Shown here: positions 19,843-29,881 of the stretch, piece after piece
Layout of the letters: every line of letters starts with the position of its first letter
Numbering within the stretch: the first letter of the stretch is position 1
Source of the DNA: a virus
IMG/VR virus record: IMGVR_UViG_3300023174_000090
Span: 32,001-96,000 of that record
Strand: one strand, 5' to 3'
Length of the DNA stretch: 64,000 nt
The notes under the pieces: generated by a model
Told to the model about the DNA's origin: nothing
Seen by the model: only the letters and a program-made list of their open reading frames with translations
Database searches by the model: none
Translations under genes and position numbers: made by a program

Positions 19843-19859
19843 TAATAAATATCTAAATT

Positions 19860-20474
19860 ATGTATAGTCAAAACAACGAAGATAAAATTTTCCTAGAATA
19901 TTTTAAAGATAAACCCGAAGGAACACTCCTAGAAATAGGAGCATATGATACCACAACATTTTCAAACTCAAGAGCCTTGATAGAAAAAAATTGGACTGCG
20001 TATTTGGTGGATGCATCTCCTTTTTGTATAACCAAATTATTTGAATCGTATAAGCAAAATAAAAAGGTAAACTTAATACAATCTCTTATCATGACAGAGA
20101 AAAGCGAATCCTTACATTGTTTTTATGACTGTCCATTTTCAGCAGTTTCATCTATTTCAAAAGAGCATACTAAAAAATATCATAAAAATGACCCTGACAT
20201 AGAAAATAAAATTAAAGAAATTTACTTAAAAAGTTTAACTTTGAATGAATTGTTGAGTTTTGTTTTACAACAACAAAATGGTTTAGATTTTCTATCAATA
20301 GACGTCGAGGGATTTTCGGCAGATTTGGCAGTATCTATGGATTTGGACATTGTGAAACCCGATTGCATCTGCATTGAACATGATTCCAAGCAAAATATTT
20401 TAATTGATAAATTTGGTGCTTTTTATAACGTAGTTCATAAAAACGGAGAAAATATTATTTTTACTAAAAAATAA
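19860..20474 (+). CDS. FkbM-family SAM methyltransferase
   Basis: YSQNNED, LEIGAYD...SNS, DFLSIDVEG, ICIEH. Confidence 0.85.
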   Translation: MYSQNNEDKIFLEYFKDKPEGTLLEIGAYDTTTFSNSRALIEKNWTAYLVDASPFCITKLFESYKQNKKVNLIQSLIMTEKSESLHCFYDCPFSAVSSISKEHTKKYHKNDPDIENKIKEIYLKSLTLNELLSFVLQQQNGLDFLSIDVEGFSADLAVSMDLDIVKPDCICIEHDSKQNILIDKFGAFYNVVHKNGENIIFTKK

Positions 20475-22273
20475 TGAAAGATATTTTATTTGAAAAAATA
20501 AAAATCAAAAATTTTCTATCAATAAAGGATGAAGTTGTTTTTGATATCAAGTCTGGATTAAATCTCATAACAGGAGAAAACAGAGATTCTGAAAGTAGAA
20601 ACGGAGTTGGAAAGAGTTCTCTTATAGAATCGCTCTACTGGTGTTTATTCGGAAACACCATTAGAGACATTAAAAATGATAAAATAATACACAATCAATC
20701 TGATAAGAATTGTTGCGTTACCTTAGATTTTTCTATTAAAAATTTGGATATTAATAAAAAATATTCAATAAAAAGAACATTAGAACCTTCTAAAATTCAA
20801 ATTTTAGAAGATGAAAAGGACATAACACTTTCAACTATTCCTAAGAATGATGAATTTATAAAGCAACTTTTAGGAGCCAATGAAGAAGTGTTTCAAAATG
20901 CTGTTATAATGACAGCAAACAACACTATTCCATTCATGGCACAGAAGAAGATAGACAAAAGAAAGTTTATCGAGGGAATATTGAACATGGAAGTATTTGG
21001 GGAAATGTTATTAAAGGTTCGTTCGGATTTTAATGACTTAAAAAAGAAAAATGATATTACTTCCACTATTTTAAACGAAAAGAATAAAAATATAATTCTT
21101 TATAATAATCAAATTCAAAAAAATAAAGAATTAAATAATACAAAAATACAAAATTTAAATCTAAAAATAGAAGAAAACAATAAAAAAATTAAAATATATT
21201 CTGATATTGATTCTATCAACGATAGAATAACAAAAAATAAAGAATCTATAGATAAATTATTCGAAACAAATAATAAATCAGATGCGGGAATTGATAAAAT
21301 TGAGGATATTTTATCCAAAAAAAATAAAAATAAAATAGAAATAGATTTTGAAATAAAGGAATTAAATTCTAAATTAAAATCTATAGACAAAACACCAGAT
21401 GTTTGCCCTACTTGTAAACGAAAATACGACAAACAAGAAAATTCTCCGTGTATAGATGTCGATTCGATTAAAAATGAATTAGATTCTAAAAAAATAATAT
21501 CAAAACAATATGAAAGTGAATTGTTTGAATTGAATGATAAAAAAAGAAAACTAAAAGAAATTATAACATCAAATTTGAATAAGATTAACGCATTGAAAGA
21601 TGAAATTAATAAATTAAACTTAAATTTGAGTGACGTTAAAAATTTGGAGGATAAAAACGAGGAAATCTTAGTTCAAATTAAAGAAATTGAGAACATAGAA
21701 GATCCTTTATTGGAAAATATTCAAAAAACGGAAGAAGAAATACAAAATATATCCGAAGAATTGGAACAAATTCAAAAAAATTTACTGATTTTGGATAATT
21801 GCAAGTTTGTTCTCTCGGAAGAAGGGGTAAAATCATTTATAGTTAAAAAAATGATTTCAGTATTAAATTCTCAGTTGAATTTTTATCTTAAAACATTAAA
21901 TGCACCATGTATTTGCACGTTTGATGAATCTTTCGAAGAAACCATAACAAACAATCAAGGAAAAGAGTGTTCATATTTCAATTTCAGTGGTGGGGAGAGA
22001 AAAAGAATCGATATTGCAGTTCTTTTTATGTTCCAAGATATCTTAAAATTACAAACAGGAATCCATTTTAATCTCAGTATGTATGATGAGCTATTAGACT
22101 CTGCTTTAGATTCTAGCGGAACATCAAAAATAATGGAAATTTTGAAAGAAAGAAGTAATAATTCTTCAGAATCTATATACATCGTATCTCATAATAAATC
22201 CACGCAGGTAAATGGATTTGATAATATCATTATGTTAGAAAAGAAAGATGGCAAAACAACTATAGCTTCTTGA
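20474..22273 (+). CDS. gp46: recombination ATPase gp46 (Rad50/SbcC-like)
   Basis: KNFLS, NGVGKS, coiled coil with CPTC zinc hook, FSGGE, DE, SH. Confidence 0.93.
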   Translation: MKDILFEKIKIKNFLSIKDEVVFDIKSGLNLITGENRDSESRNGVGKSSLIESLYWCLFGNTIRDIKNDKIIHNQSDKNCCVTLDFSIKNLDINKKYSIKRTLEPSKIQILEDEKDITLSTIPKNDEFIKQLLGANEEVFQNAVIMTANNTIPFMAQKKIDKRKFIEGILNMEVFGEMLLKVRSDFNDLKKKNDITSTILNEKNKNIILYNNQIQKNKELNNTKIQNLNLKIEENNKKIKIYSDIDSINDRITKNKESIDKLFETNNKSDAGIDKIEDILSKKNKNKIEIDFEIKELNSKLKSIDKTPDVCPTCKRKYDKQENSPCIDVDSIKNELDSKKIISKQYESELFELNDKKRKLKEIITSNLNKINALKDEINKLNLNLSDVKNLEDKNEEILVQIKEIENIEDPLLENIQKTEEEIQNISEELEQIQKNLLILDNCKFVLSEEGVKSFIVKKMISVLNSQLNFYLKTLNAPCICTFDESFEETITNNQGKECSYFNFSGGERKRIDIAVLFMFQDILKLQTGIHFNLSMYDELLDSALDSSGTSKIMEILKERSNNSSESIYIVSHNKSTQVNGFDNIIMLEKKDGKTTIAS

Positions 22274-22298
22274 TTTTTAACATAAAGAGTGTTAATAT
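22270..22298 (+). promoter_or_regulatory. sigma70-like promoter (TTGATT-N17-TAATAT, TGn extension)
   Basis: -10 element ends 7 nt before ATG 22306. Confidence 0.6.
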
Positions 22299-22305
22299 AT
22301 AGTAT

Positions 22306-23607
22306 ATGGTAAAACTGAAGTCTGAAAATATTCAAAATTCATCTGGAATTGTTTTTGAATATGAAACACATCAATTAGGAATTCCCAATCCCCCATCAAA
22401 CATGCCTGTTGGCATGCCCAAATACTCATATGTGGGGGTAAAACCCGTACAAGTCCCCACAATACCTCCAGTAGAGATGCCAGAAGCATCTCTTCCTAGA
22501 GCAATAAATTATTATGCCGACTATGGTGGATGTGGGTTCTGGCGAATGATATGGCCAGAAATGTGTTTAAACGCCTATCAGAAGGCAGTTATTTCCGGTT
22601 TGACCTGCATGGTATTAGATTTGAGATTTTATCAGAATATTAAAACTATTAGAATGCAAAGACAGGCAACACCTGTTCAAAATGCATTTATCAAACAATT
22701 ACACGGCGCAAAATCAAAATATAATTACAGATTGCTATATGAGGTCGATGATATTGTCTTTAAAGACGATATTCCTGACTATAACAGATGTAAAGAGGCA
22801 TTTTGTGATGAAAATATTGTAAAAAGCATAACCGAAATCATGTCCATGATGGATGAAATCACTGTTACATGTGATTTCATGAAACAATATTATATTAATA
22901 AGACTGGAAATAAAAAAATAACAGTTATTCCCAACTATGCTCCGAAATTTTGGCTTGATAGGTTCTATGATAAGAAAAGACTCATGGAATCTTTCGAGAA
23001 AAACAAAAAACAACCGAGAATCTTGTATGCAGGATCTGGAACACATATCGACGTTGCAAATAAAACGGGAATGAAAGATGACTTTCATCATGTTGTTGAA
23101 GAAATCATCAAAGCCAGAAAAAAATTTAAATTTGTATGGAAGGGATGCTATCCACTAGCAATAAAACCATTCATTCAAAATGGAGAAATGGAATACCTAG
23201 ATTGGTCTGCTCTCATGGATTTACCAGAAGCAATTTTCAATGCAAATTGTAACGCAACTTTCGCTCCTCTTATGAACAATACTTTTAATAAATCAAAAAG
23301 TGACATTAAAATTATCGAGTCTGGAGCGTTTGGAATGCCCGGAACGTATCAAGACCTATGTACATACGCAGAAGCCGAATTTAAATTTGAAAGTGGAAAG
23401 GATTTGATATCTCAACTCGAATATATAACATCGGATTATGACAGATATGCAAAATTATCCGAAAATTCCAGAAACTTTACAGAAACGAGATGGTTGGAAA
23501 ATCATTTAGACAAGTACATGGGATTGTATACTACAGAATGGGGTTCCGCTGAAAGAAATAGACTCTATCCGGATATAATTAGACTCAATCCTGATCAAAA
23601 GATTTGA
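22306..23607 (+). CDS. GT-B fold glycosyltransferase (GT4-like)
   Basis: GCGFWRM..P, YEVDD, ITVT, VIPN, ILYAGS.TH, APL..N.FN.SKSDIKIIE; lies between gp46 and DNA polymerase. Confidence 0.78.
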   Translation: MVKLKSENIQNSSGIVFEYETHQLGIPNPPSNMPVGMPKYSYVGVKPVQVPTIPPVEMPEASLPRAINYYADYGGCGFWRMIWPEMCLNAYQKAVISGLTCMVLDLRFYQNIKTIRMQRQATPVQNAFIKQLHGAKSKYNYRLLYEVDDIVFKDDIPDYNRCKEAFCDENIVKSITEIMSMMDEITVTCDFMKQYYINKTGNKKITVIPNYAPKFWLDRFYDKKRLMESFEKNKKQPRILYAGSGTHIDVANKTGMKDDFHHVVEEIIKARKKFKFVWKGCYPLAIKPFIQNGEMEYLDWSALMDLPEAIFNANCNATFAPLMNNTFNKSKSDIKIIESGAFGMPGTYQDLCTYAEAEFKFESGKDLISQLEYITSDYDRYAKLSENSRNFTETRWLENHLDKYMGLYTTEWGSAERNRLYPDIIRLNPDQKI

Positions 23608-23631
23608 CACTTTTCCTGCAAGTGCTAATAT
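23604..23631 (+). promoter_or_regulatory. sigma70-like promoter (TTGACA-N16-TAATAT, TGn extension)
   Basis: -10 element ends 6 nt before the polymerase ATG at 23638. Confidence 0.65.
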
Positions 23632-23637
23632 AGGGGC

Positions 23638-26202
23638 ATGGGATGGAGAAATATTTTTTATGATGGTAAAGAAGAATGCATACATTTGTGGACTTGGAAT
23701 GAATTTGGAAAAAGAATTAAAGTAAAATCCAGTTACAATCCCTATTTGTATGTAGAAACTCAAAATGCGGATGACGCTACCTCTATTTTTAATACAAAAC
23801 TTAAAAAACTTACATTTAAAAATCAATTTGAGAGAAGCAAGTATGTAAACGAAACGCCAATTAAGCGTTTATTTCATAATATATCCTGTGAACAGGATTT
23901 TTTATTAACTTATTATAAAGATTCCTCGAATGATCCCGATTTTGGTAATTTTCCATTAAAAATTTATCTGTTTGACATCGAAACAGACTCTCGAGGAGCA
24001 TTTCCTGTCCCAGAAAAGGCGGAAGATCCTATAAATTTGATCACCATTTATGATACGATAGAAAAGGTATTTCACACTTGGGGATTGAAACCATATAACC
24101 CCAAAGATTCTAATGTCTATTATCATTATTGCACAAGTGAAATTCAACTTATAGAAGAATTTTTAAAATTTTGGGAGGACGATCCTCCTGATATGTTTGT
24201 GGGATGGAATTCAAATGATTTTGATATTCCATATATCATGAATAGAATAATAAATCTACTCGGAGAAGAAGATGCTCGACGATTATCACCTGTTAAAAAA
24301 ATTTATTTTAGAGAGAACATAGGAGTAAACAAGTTCGGAAAACAGGTTAACAAGTGGTATATTAGAGGAATTAGCCTGATCGACTACATGGAGGTATATA
24401 AAACCTTTTCTAGAAATGAAAAAGAATCCTATTCTCTGAATTACATATCACAACATGAATTAGGGGAAACAAAAACCAATATTGGAACTACAACACTCGC
24501 ACAGCTGGCAGACAGTGATTGGGATTTATTTGTAGATTACAATATTCAAGATGTTAGACTTCTCGTTAAACTCGAAGAAACCTTAAAGTTCCTTAAATTG
24601 GTTAAAATTCTATCATATAAGGGATTTATTCCATTCGAACAATCGCTTGGAAAGGTTTCAATGATTACAGGCGCAATTTCAAATCAAGCTTCCAGAGAAA
24701 ACCTTATTATTCCAACATTTAAAAATGATAATCTGGAAACAGATTATATAGGAGGGTATGTACACGATCCAGAACGAGGACTTAGCGTTGATGTTATTAG
24801 TTATGACGCAAATAGTCTATATCCCAATACAATTATTACATTAAATGTTTCTCCGGAAACAAAAATTGGAAAAGTAATTTCCAAAGAAAATTCTGAATAT
24901 GTATTAAAATTAACAACTGGAAAAACAGTTTCATTAAAAGAGGAAGTTTTTAATAAACTTTTGATAAAAGAACAATTATCCCTATCCAAACATAACATTT
25001 TATATAGTCAAAAATTTAAAGGAGTCATTCCCAAATTTATTGATACTCTATATTCAGAGCGAGTTGATGCCAAGGATAGAATGTTGGAACTTTCTAAAAA
25101 ACTCCATACCTTTAAGAATAAGGAAGAAATACAAGAGCAAATTTCCGATTTGGATACCATTCAATACACTTATAAAATTTTATTGAATTCAATTTATGGA
25201 GTTTTCGGACAGAAATACTCTCCATTTTATGATGTGGATCATGCCGCTAGTATTACACTAACCGGACAGGCTGTTGTTAAGCAAGCTGCTGAAATTATCT
25301 CCAAATACGCAATAGATATTGGAGTGGAGTGTACAAAAGAAGATATATATAGATATGGCGATACGGATAGTATTTATATATCTATAAATAAAATTCTTAA
25401 AAATAATAGAATTGATTTGATTTGTGATAATAAAATTACAGATGGTGCAAAAAAATTAATAAATGATATTGGTCAATTGTTAAACACCAATATTAAGGAT
25501 TGGGCCGAGGAAGAATTGAAATCAACAGATCCTCGATTCATCTTTAAACAAGAATCTACGTGCGATGTTGCAGTTTTCATGGAAAAGAAGAGATATATTT
25601 TACATATTATCGAATCAGAAGGATTAGCTCCTAAAAATCCATTTAAATATGTGGGTGTCGAAGTTGTGCGTTCTTCGTTCTCAGAACCTACCAAGAAGCT
25701 AATTAAAGATGTTATTGAATCCGCTATTCTTTCCAAAGATAAACAACAGTCTGATAAAATTCTTAAAAACGCATACGAAAAATTTTGCAAAATGCCTATA
25801 GAAGATATTTCTTTTAGAACTAAAATTACAGACATTAAAAAACAAATTAATAAAATTAGGGATGGAAAAATTGGCTTAGGAACTCCGGTTCACGCAAAAG
25901 GTGCTATTTATTTCAATCAAATGCTTGCACATTTGAATTTGGAAGCCAAATATGAATCAATATCAAATGGAATAAAAATTAAATGGTTTTATCCCTCAAA
26001 AAACACATTCAACTATAATGCAATGTCCTTTATAGATGAATTTCCTACAGAATTTACCGATTTGTTTAAAATAAATTTTGAAAAAATGTTCGATAAAAGC
26101 GTAACCCCTCCTGTTGAGAGATTATATGATTGTTTGGGGTGGCAACTTCCACAAGTTACGCAAGAAACAGTAACCGATTTGATTGACTTATTTGGAAATT
26201 AA
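23638..26202 (+). CDS. gp43: family B DNA polymerase gp43
   Basis: ExoI DIET, FDIPY, YNIQDV, DANSLYP, KILLNSIYG, YGDTDS, KKRY. Confidence 0.97.
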   Translation: MGWRNIFYDGKEECIHLWTWNEFGKRIKVKSSYNPYLYVETQNADDATSIFNTKLKKLTFKNQFERSKYVNETPIKRLFHNISCEQDFLLTYYKDSSNDPDFGNFPLKIYLFDIETDSRGAFPVPEKAEDPINLITIYDTIEKVFHTWGLKPYNPKDSNVYYHYCTSEIQLIEEFLKFWEDDPPDMFVGWNSNDFDIPYIMNRIINLLGEEDARRLSPVKKIYFRENIGVNKFGKQVNKWYIRGISLIDYMEVYKTFSRNEKESYSLNYISQHELGETKTNIGTTTLAQLADSDWDLFVDYNIQDVRLLVKLEETLKFLKLVKILSYKGFIPFEQSLGKVSMITGAISNQASRENLIIPTFKNDNLETDYIGGYVHDPERGLSVDVISYDANSLYPNTIITLNVSPETKIGKVISKENSEYVLKLTTGKTVSLKEEVFNKLLIKEQLSLSKHNILYSQKFKGVIPKFIDTLYSERVDAKDRMLELSKKLHTFKNKEEIQEQISDLDTIQYTYKILLNSIYGVFGQKYSPFYDVDHAASITLTGQAVVKQAAEIISKYAIDIGVECTKEDIYRYGDTDSIYISINKILKNNRIDLICDNKITDGAKKLINDIGQLLNTNIKDWAEEELKSTDPRFIFKQESTCDVAVFMEKKRYILHIIESEGLAPKNPFKYVGVEVVRSSFSEPTKKLIKDVIESAILSKDKQQSDKILKNAYEKFCKMPIEDISFRTKITDIKKQINKIRDGKIGLGTPVHAKGAIYFNQMLAHLNLEAKYESISNGIKIKWFYPSKNTFNYNAMSFIDEFPTEFTDLFKINFEKMFDKSVTPPVERLYDCLGWQLPQVTQETVTDLIDLFGN

Positions 26203-26217
26203 TTTAAAATATTAAAT

Positions 26218-26871
26218 ATGGAAGTAAAACTAACAAGCATAACACAACCACTAATCGAGGGTTTGGTAAGTCCGGAAGATTTGATAAGCTATACAGCAAG
26301 AGTATCAAATCCTTCGAATCAATTAAATACTGAAACTGCTCCTAAATTATTGAAATATTTGATACAACATAAACATTGGTCTCCATTTGAGCACGTATCA
26401 TTGACATTTCAGATTGTAACTTCTAGAGCCATAGCCGCACAGATTCTTCGACATAGGAGCTTTTGTTTTCAGGAATTCAGTCAAAGATATTCAACTAATA
26501 CTGAACTGGAATCATTTGATGTAAGACAACAGGCGTTAAAAAATAGACAATCTAGTTCTGAACAATTAGAACTCTCCGAAGATAATATTACGCTTCTTAA
26601 AGATTATTTGACAACAGGTGTTAAACTCTATGAAGATCTTATAGAAAAGGGAGCAGCTAAAGAGTGCGCTAGAATGTTCTTGCCACTGTGTACACAAACA
26701 ACCTTATTTATGACAGGAACCCTCAGAAGTTGGATACATTACGTGGAAGTTAGAACAGATGAAACAACACAGTTAGAACATAGAGAGATTGCCTTGGCTA
26801 TTAAAGAGGGATTGATTTCTATATTTCCAAATGTTACAGAAGCCTTAGAGTGGACAGTTGACAAAAACTAA
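26218..26871 (+). CDS. thyX: FAD-dependent thymidylate synthase
   Basis: HWSPFEH, QILRHRSF.FQEFSQRY, ECARMFLP. Confidence 0.95.
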   Translation: MEVKLTSITQPLIEGLVSPEDLISYTARVSNPSNQLNTETAPKLLKYLIQHKHWSPFEHVSLTFQIVTSRAIAAQILRHRSFCFQEFSQRYSTNTELESFDVRQQALKNRQSSSEQLELSEDNITLLKDYLTTGVKLYEDLIEKGAAKECARMFLPLCTQTTLFMTGTLRSWIHYVEVRTDETTQLEHREIALAIKEGLISIFPNVTEALEWTVDKN

Positions 26872-26895
26872 TTGTGTGTTAAATTATATACGAAT

Positions 26896-27282
26896 ATGGA
26901 AACACAAAATCTCATAACAATCCTAGACAATGTCGGCAGAACAATTTTAGGCGAAGTAAACGCAGAACTTACAAATGATAGCGTTCTAGTTATCAAAAAT
27001 GCAGTTGTTTTGCATGTAAAAGAACATGATGGTGGAAGAGTATCGATTCAACTACTTCCTATCTTCTTTAGAGAATTCTTTGCAGACAAAACATCTGATT
27101 ACAATATTTTCTACAAAAAGACTAATATTTCAGAAACAGATATTACAGCATATGATTTTAGATTGTTGGGTCAATACGGTCAAATGTTTAATAAGTCCAA
27201 TACGTTTGTTGCACCAACTCCACAAGCAAATCAAGGAGAAGCTCAAAATAAACCATCTGTGATCAATTTATTTGACGAATAA
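26896..27282 (+). CDS. hypothetical protein
   Basis: ATG 26896 lies downstream of TTGACA(26858)-N16-TAAATT; followed by a terminator. Confidence 0.65.
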   Translation: METQNLITILDNVGRTILGEVNAELTNDSVLVIKNAVVLHVKEHDGGRVSIQLLPIFFREFFADKTSDYNIFYKKTNISETDITAYDFRLLGQYGQMFNKSNTFVAPTPQANQGEAQNKPSVINLFDE

Positions 27283-27304
27283 GGAAAAAAGACACAGTAA
27301 AAAC

Positions 27305-27342
27305 AAAAAATCCCGAAAGTTGTTTGACTTTTGGGATTTTTT
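27305..27342. terminator. intrinsic terminator hairpin (A/T tails on both sides)
   Basis: AAAAAATCCCGAAAGT-tgtttg-ACTTTTGGGATTTTTT, one G-U pair. Confidence 0.8.
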
Positions 27343-27352
27343 ATTGTATTAT
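27324..27352 (+). promoter_or_regulatory. sigma70-like promoter of uvsX (TTGACT-N17-TATTAT), overlapping the terminator
   Basis: -35 at 27324-27329, -10 at 27347-27352. Confidence 0.65.
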
Positions 27353-27364
27353 TAAATTCTAATT

Positions 27365-28456
27365 ATGGCTAAGAAAAAAACAGAAGACGAACAACTAAAA
27401 TCCGGTGATATTTCAGATGCTTTTAAAATTTTGGATGATTTAAATCCAGATGCACAGTTTTTGGACGAAAACACATTATCCACGGTAAATGAATGGGTAG
27501 ACACGGGATCGATGGCATTGAATGCTATTATTTCCGGATCTTTATATGGCGGAATCCCCATGGGAAGAATTATCGGCTTCGCAGGACCAACTTCTTGCGG
27601 AAAAACCTTAATGGTAAATAAAATTATGGCAAATGCACAAAAAAAGGGAATGCATGTTGTCTATTTTGACACTGAAAATGCACTTGATAAAGATACCGCA
27701 CAATCTTTAGGATGTGATCCATCAAAAATCAAACACTGTCCGATAGAAATCATCGAAGAATGTAGAAATCAAATTGTTAAATTTTTAAAATCTGTTGTAG
27801 ATAATGGATTGCAGGGTAAAATTCTACTTGCAATTGATTCTTTGGGCAACCTGATCTCTTCAAGAGAAGCCAAAATAATCGAGGATGGAAAGGATTCTGC
27901 CGACATGGGAGCAAGAGCAGTCAGCTTAAAAAGCATGCTTAGGGCAATCACCCACGCAGCCGCAAAAGCAAACTGTCCTGTAATTTTTACCAATCACACT
28001 TATGATAATCCCGGAGCATTGTATCCAACGCTTGTTAAAAGCCAATCTGGAGGCTCTGGACCGCTCTATATGTCGTCTGTACTCGTTCAGATGGCAACAA
28101 AGCAGGAGAGAGTTGGTAAATCGGATAACAAAAACGCATCCGATGAAACAACACCACTTTCTAAAGACGTAAATGGACTTACAATGCGAGCACTCACAAC
28201 AAAAAATCGATTCGTACCACCATTTTTGGAAGTCGAAATGTATTTAAATTTCAGAACCGGACTTTCTAAATATTCTGGACTCTTGGAAATGGCAGAAGGA
28301 TATGGAGTAATTTCAAAACAAGGACATCGCTATGTTTTAGGTGAAGAGGTTTTGGGATTTTACAAAGATTTCAAAGATAATAACGAAATTTGGGCTAGAA
28401 TTCTACCTCTATTGGAAGAAAAATTAAAATCTGAGCTTAAATTTAAAAAAGAATAA
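27365..28456 (+). CDS. uvsX: RecA-like recombinase UvsX
   Basis: DTGSMALN.IISGS..GG, GPTSCGKT, FDTE, IDSLGNL, DMGARA, SGGSG. Confidence 0.95.
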   Translation: MAKKKTEDEQLKSGDISDAFKILDDLNPDAQFLDENTLSTVNEWVDTGSMALNAIISGSLYGGIPMGRIIGFAGPTSCGKTLMVNKIMANAQKKGMHVVYFDTENALDKDTAQSLGCDPSKIKHCPIEIIEECRNQIVKFLKSVVDNGLQGKILLAIDSLGNLISSREAKIIEDGKDSADMGARAVSLKSMLRAITHAAAKANCPVIFTNHTYDNPGALYPTLVKSQSGGSGPLYMSSVLVQMATKQERVGKSDNKNASDETTPLSKDVNGLTMRALTTKNRFVPPFLEVEMYLNFRTGLSKYSGLLEMAEGYGVISKQGHRYVLGEEVLGFYKDFKDNNEIWARILPLLEEKLKSELKFKKE

Positions 28457-28463
28457 AAAAGTA

Positions 28464-28492
28464 TTGATCTATTCTTCTGGACCATGTATAGT
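28464..28492 (+). promoter_or_regulatory. sigma70-like promoter (TTGATC-N17-TATAGT)
   Basis: -10 element ends 6 nt before the in-frame ATG at 28499. Confidence 0.6.
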
Positions 28493-28498
28493 CCTTAT

Positions 28499-29881
28499 AT
28501 GAATAATACAATATCTATGGATTTTGATCTCTTTGAGAGAGTCTTAATATACAACTCTCTCATTGATCAAAACTATTTAGAAACTATTGTAGAACATATC
28601 AAGCCTTCATATTTCAAAAATAAAGAAATACGAACTGTTGTCGAGTGTTTATTAAAATTTTACCATAATTTTGGTAAAATTCCTAATAATACTGAGTTAA
28701 AAACTCATATGACCGTCGATGAAGAGCGACAAGCACTTAAATCAGTAGCATTGGGGTTCAATCAAATTGATAAAACATATGATAAGGAAGTTTTATTAAA
28801 AAATACTGAAAGATTTATTAGGGAAAAGGCGGTTTTAAATACCGTTGTCAAAACATCCGTTGATGTAAACTCCGGAACATTCAATACTGCTCAGATTTTG
28901 GCAGATTTTGAAAAGGCTTGTAATATTTCTTTGGTTGAAAGTTTGGGATTGGATTATTTCAATTCTATCGATAAACATTGCGATGACCTTTTAAAGGTTT
29001 CTAAGACTCTTTCAACTGGATGGAAGTGGTTGGATGATAAAATTGGAGGAGGTTTTCTAGCAGAGGGCAAGGCTCTTTATGTTTTTTATGGAGTTACCAA
29101 TGTAGGCAAATCCATATTTTTAGGAAACGTTGCATCCAATATTTTAAACCAAGACAAAACGGTGCTTCTAATCTCATTGGAGATGTCTGAGCAGGTATAT
29201 GCTACTCGAATGAGTTCAAACTTGTCACAAATTGCAATGGCAGATTTGTCTACTAATATTAACCCCCTCAAAAAAGAGTTGGGAATATATAAAACAAATC
29301 ATAAAAATTCTAAATTAATTATTAAAGAATTTCCCCCACAATCAATCACGCCAAATCAGATTAAAGTATATATTGAAAGATTGGTTAGAAAGGGAATATC
29401 TCCAGATGTTATAGTGATTGACTATTTAAATCTAATTGCGGCTCCTGAAAGGGGAAAGAATTCATATGAATCTATTAAAGCAGTCACAGAACAAATTAGA
29501 GCATTGTCATATCATTTTAATTGTCCAGTAGTCAGCGCAACTCAAACAAACAGAAGTGCGTATGGAGAAGCTAACCCCGGACTGGAAACAATGAGCGAAT
29601 CTATGGGATTGGCGCATACAGCAGATGCACAATTTTCAATCTGGAGCGAGGAGGGCGACATTGAATTAGGACAAATACATCTGGGAGTGAATAAAAATAG
29701 ATTTGGTCCTATTGGAGCACATACTACCTTGGAAATTGACTACCCAACATTAACCCTTCGAGATTCTAGCAACGCTACAGTCGAATTGACGAATAAATTA
29801 AACAATAAAATATCATCCTCTATAACTTCTTCTAGTCTATCCGATACGTTTGATCTAATAGAGGGGTTGGATATTGATTGA
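28499..29881 (+). CDS. gp41: replicative DnaB-like helicase gp41
   Basis: GVTNVGKS, ISLEMSE, IKEFP, IDYLNL, SATQTNR, SESMG, KNRFG. Start moved from 28484 to 28499 because the promoter overlaps 28484. Confidence 0.93.
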   Translation: MNNTISMDFDLFERVLIYNSLIDQNYLETIVEHIKPSYFKNKEIRTVVECLLKFYHNFGKIPNNTELKTHMTVDEERQALKSVALGFNQIDKTYDKEVLLKNTERFIREKAVLNTVVKTSVDVNSGTFNTAQILADFEKACNISLVESLGLDYFNSIDKHCDDLLKVSKTLSTGWKWLDDKIGGGFLAEGKALYVFYGVTNVGKSIFLGNVASNILNQDKTVLLISLEMSEQVYATRMSSNLSQIAMADLSTNINPLKKELGIYKTNHKNSKLIIKEFPPQSITPNQIKVYIERLVRKGISPDVIVIDYLNLIAAPERGKNSYESIKAVTEQIRALSYHFNCPVVSATQTNRSAYGEANPGLETMSESMGLAHTADAQFSIWSEEGDIELGQIHLGVNKNRFGPIGAHTTLEIDYPTLTLRDSSNATVELTNKLNNKISSSITSSSLSDTFDLIEGLDID

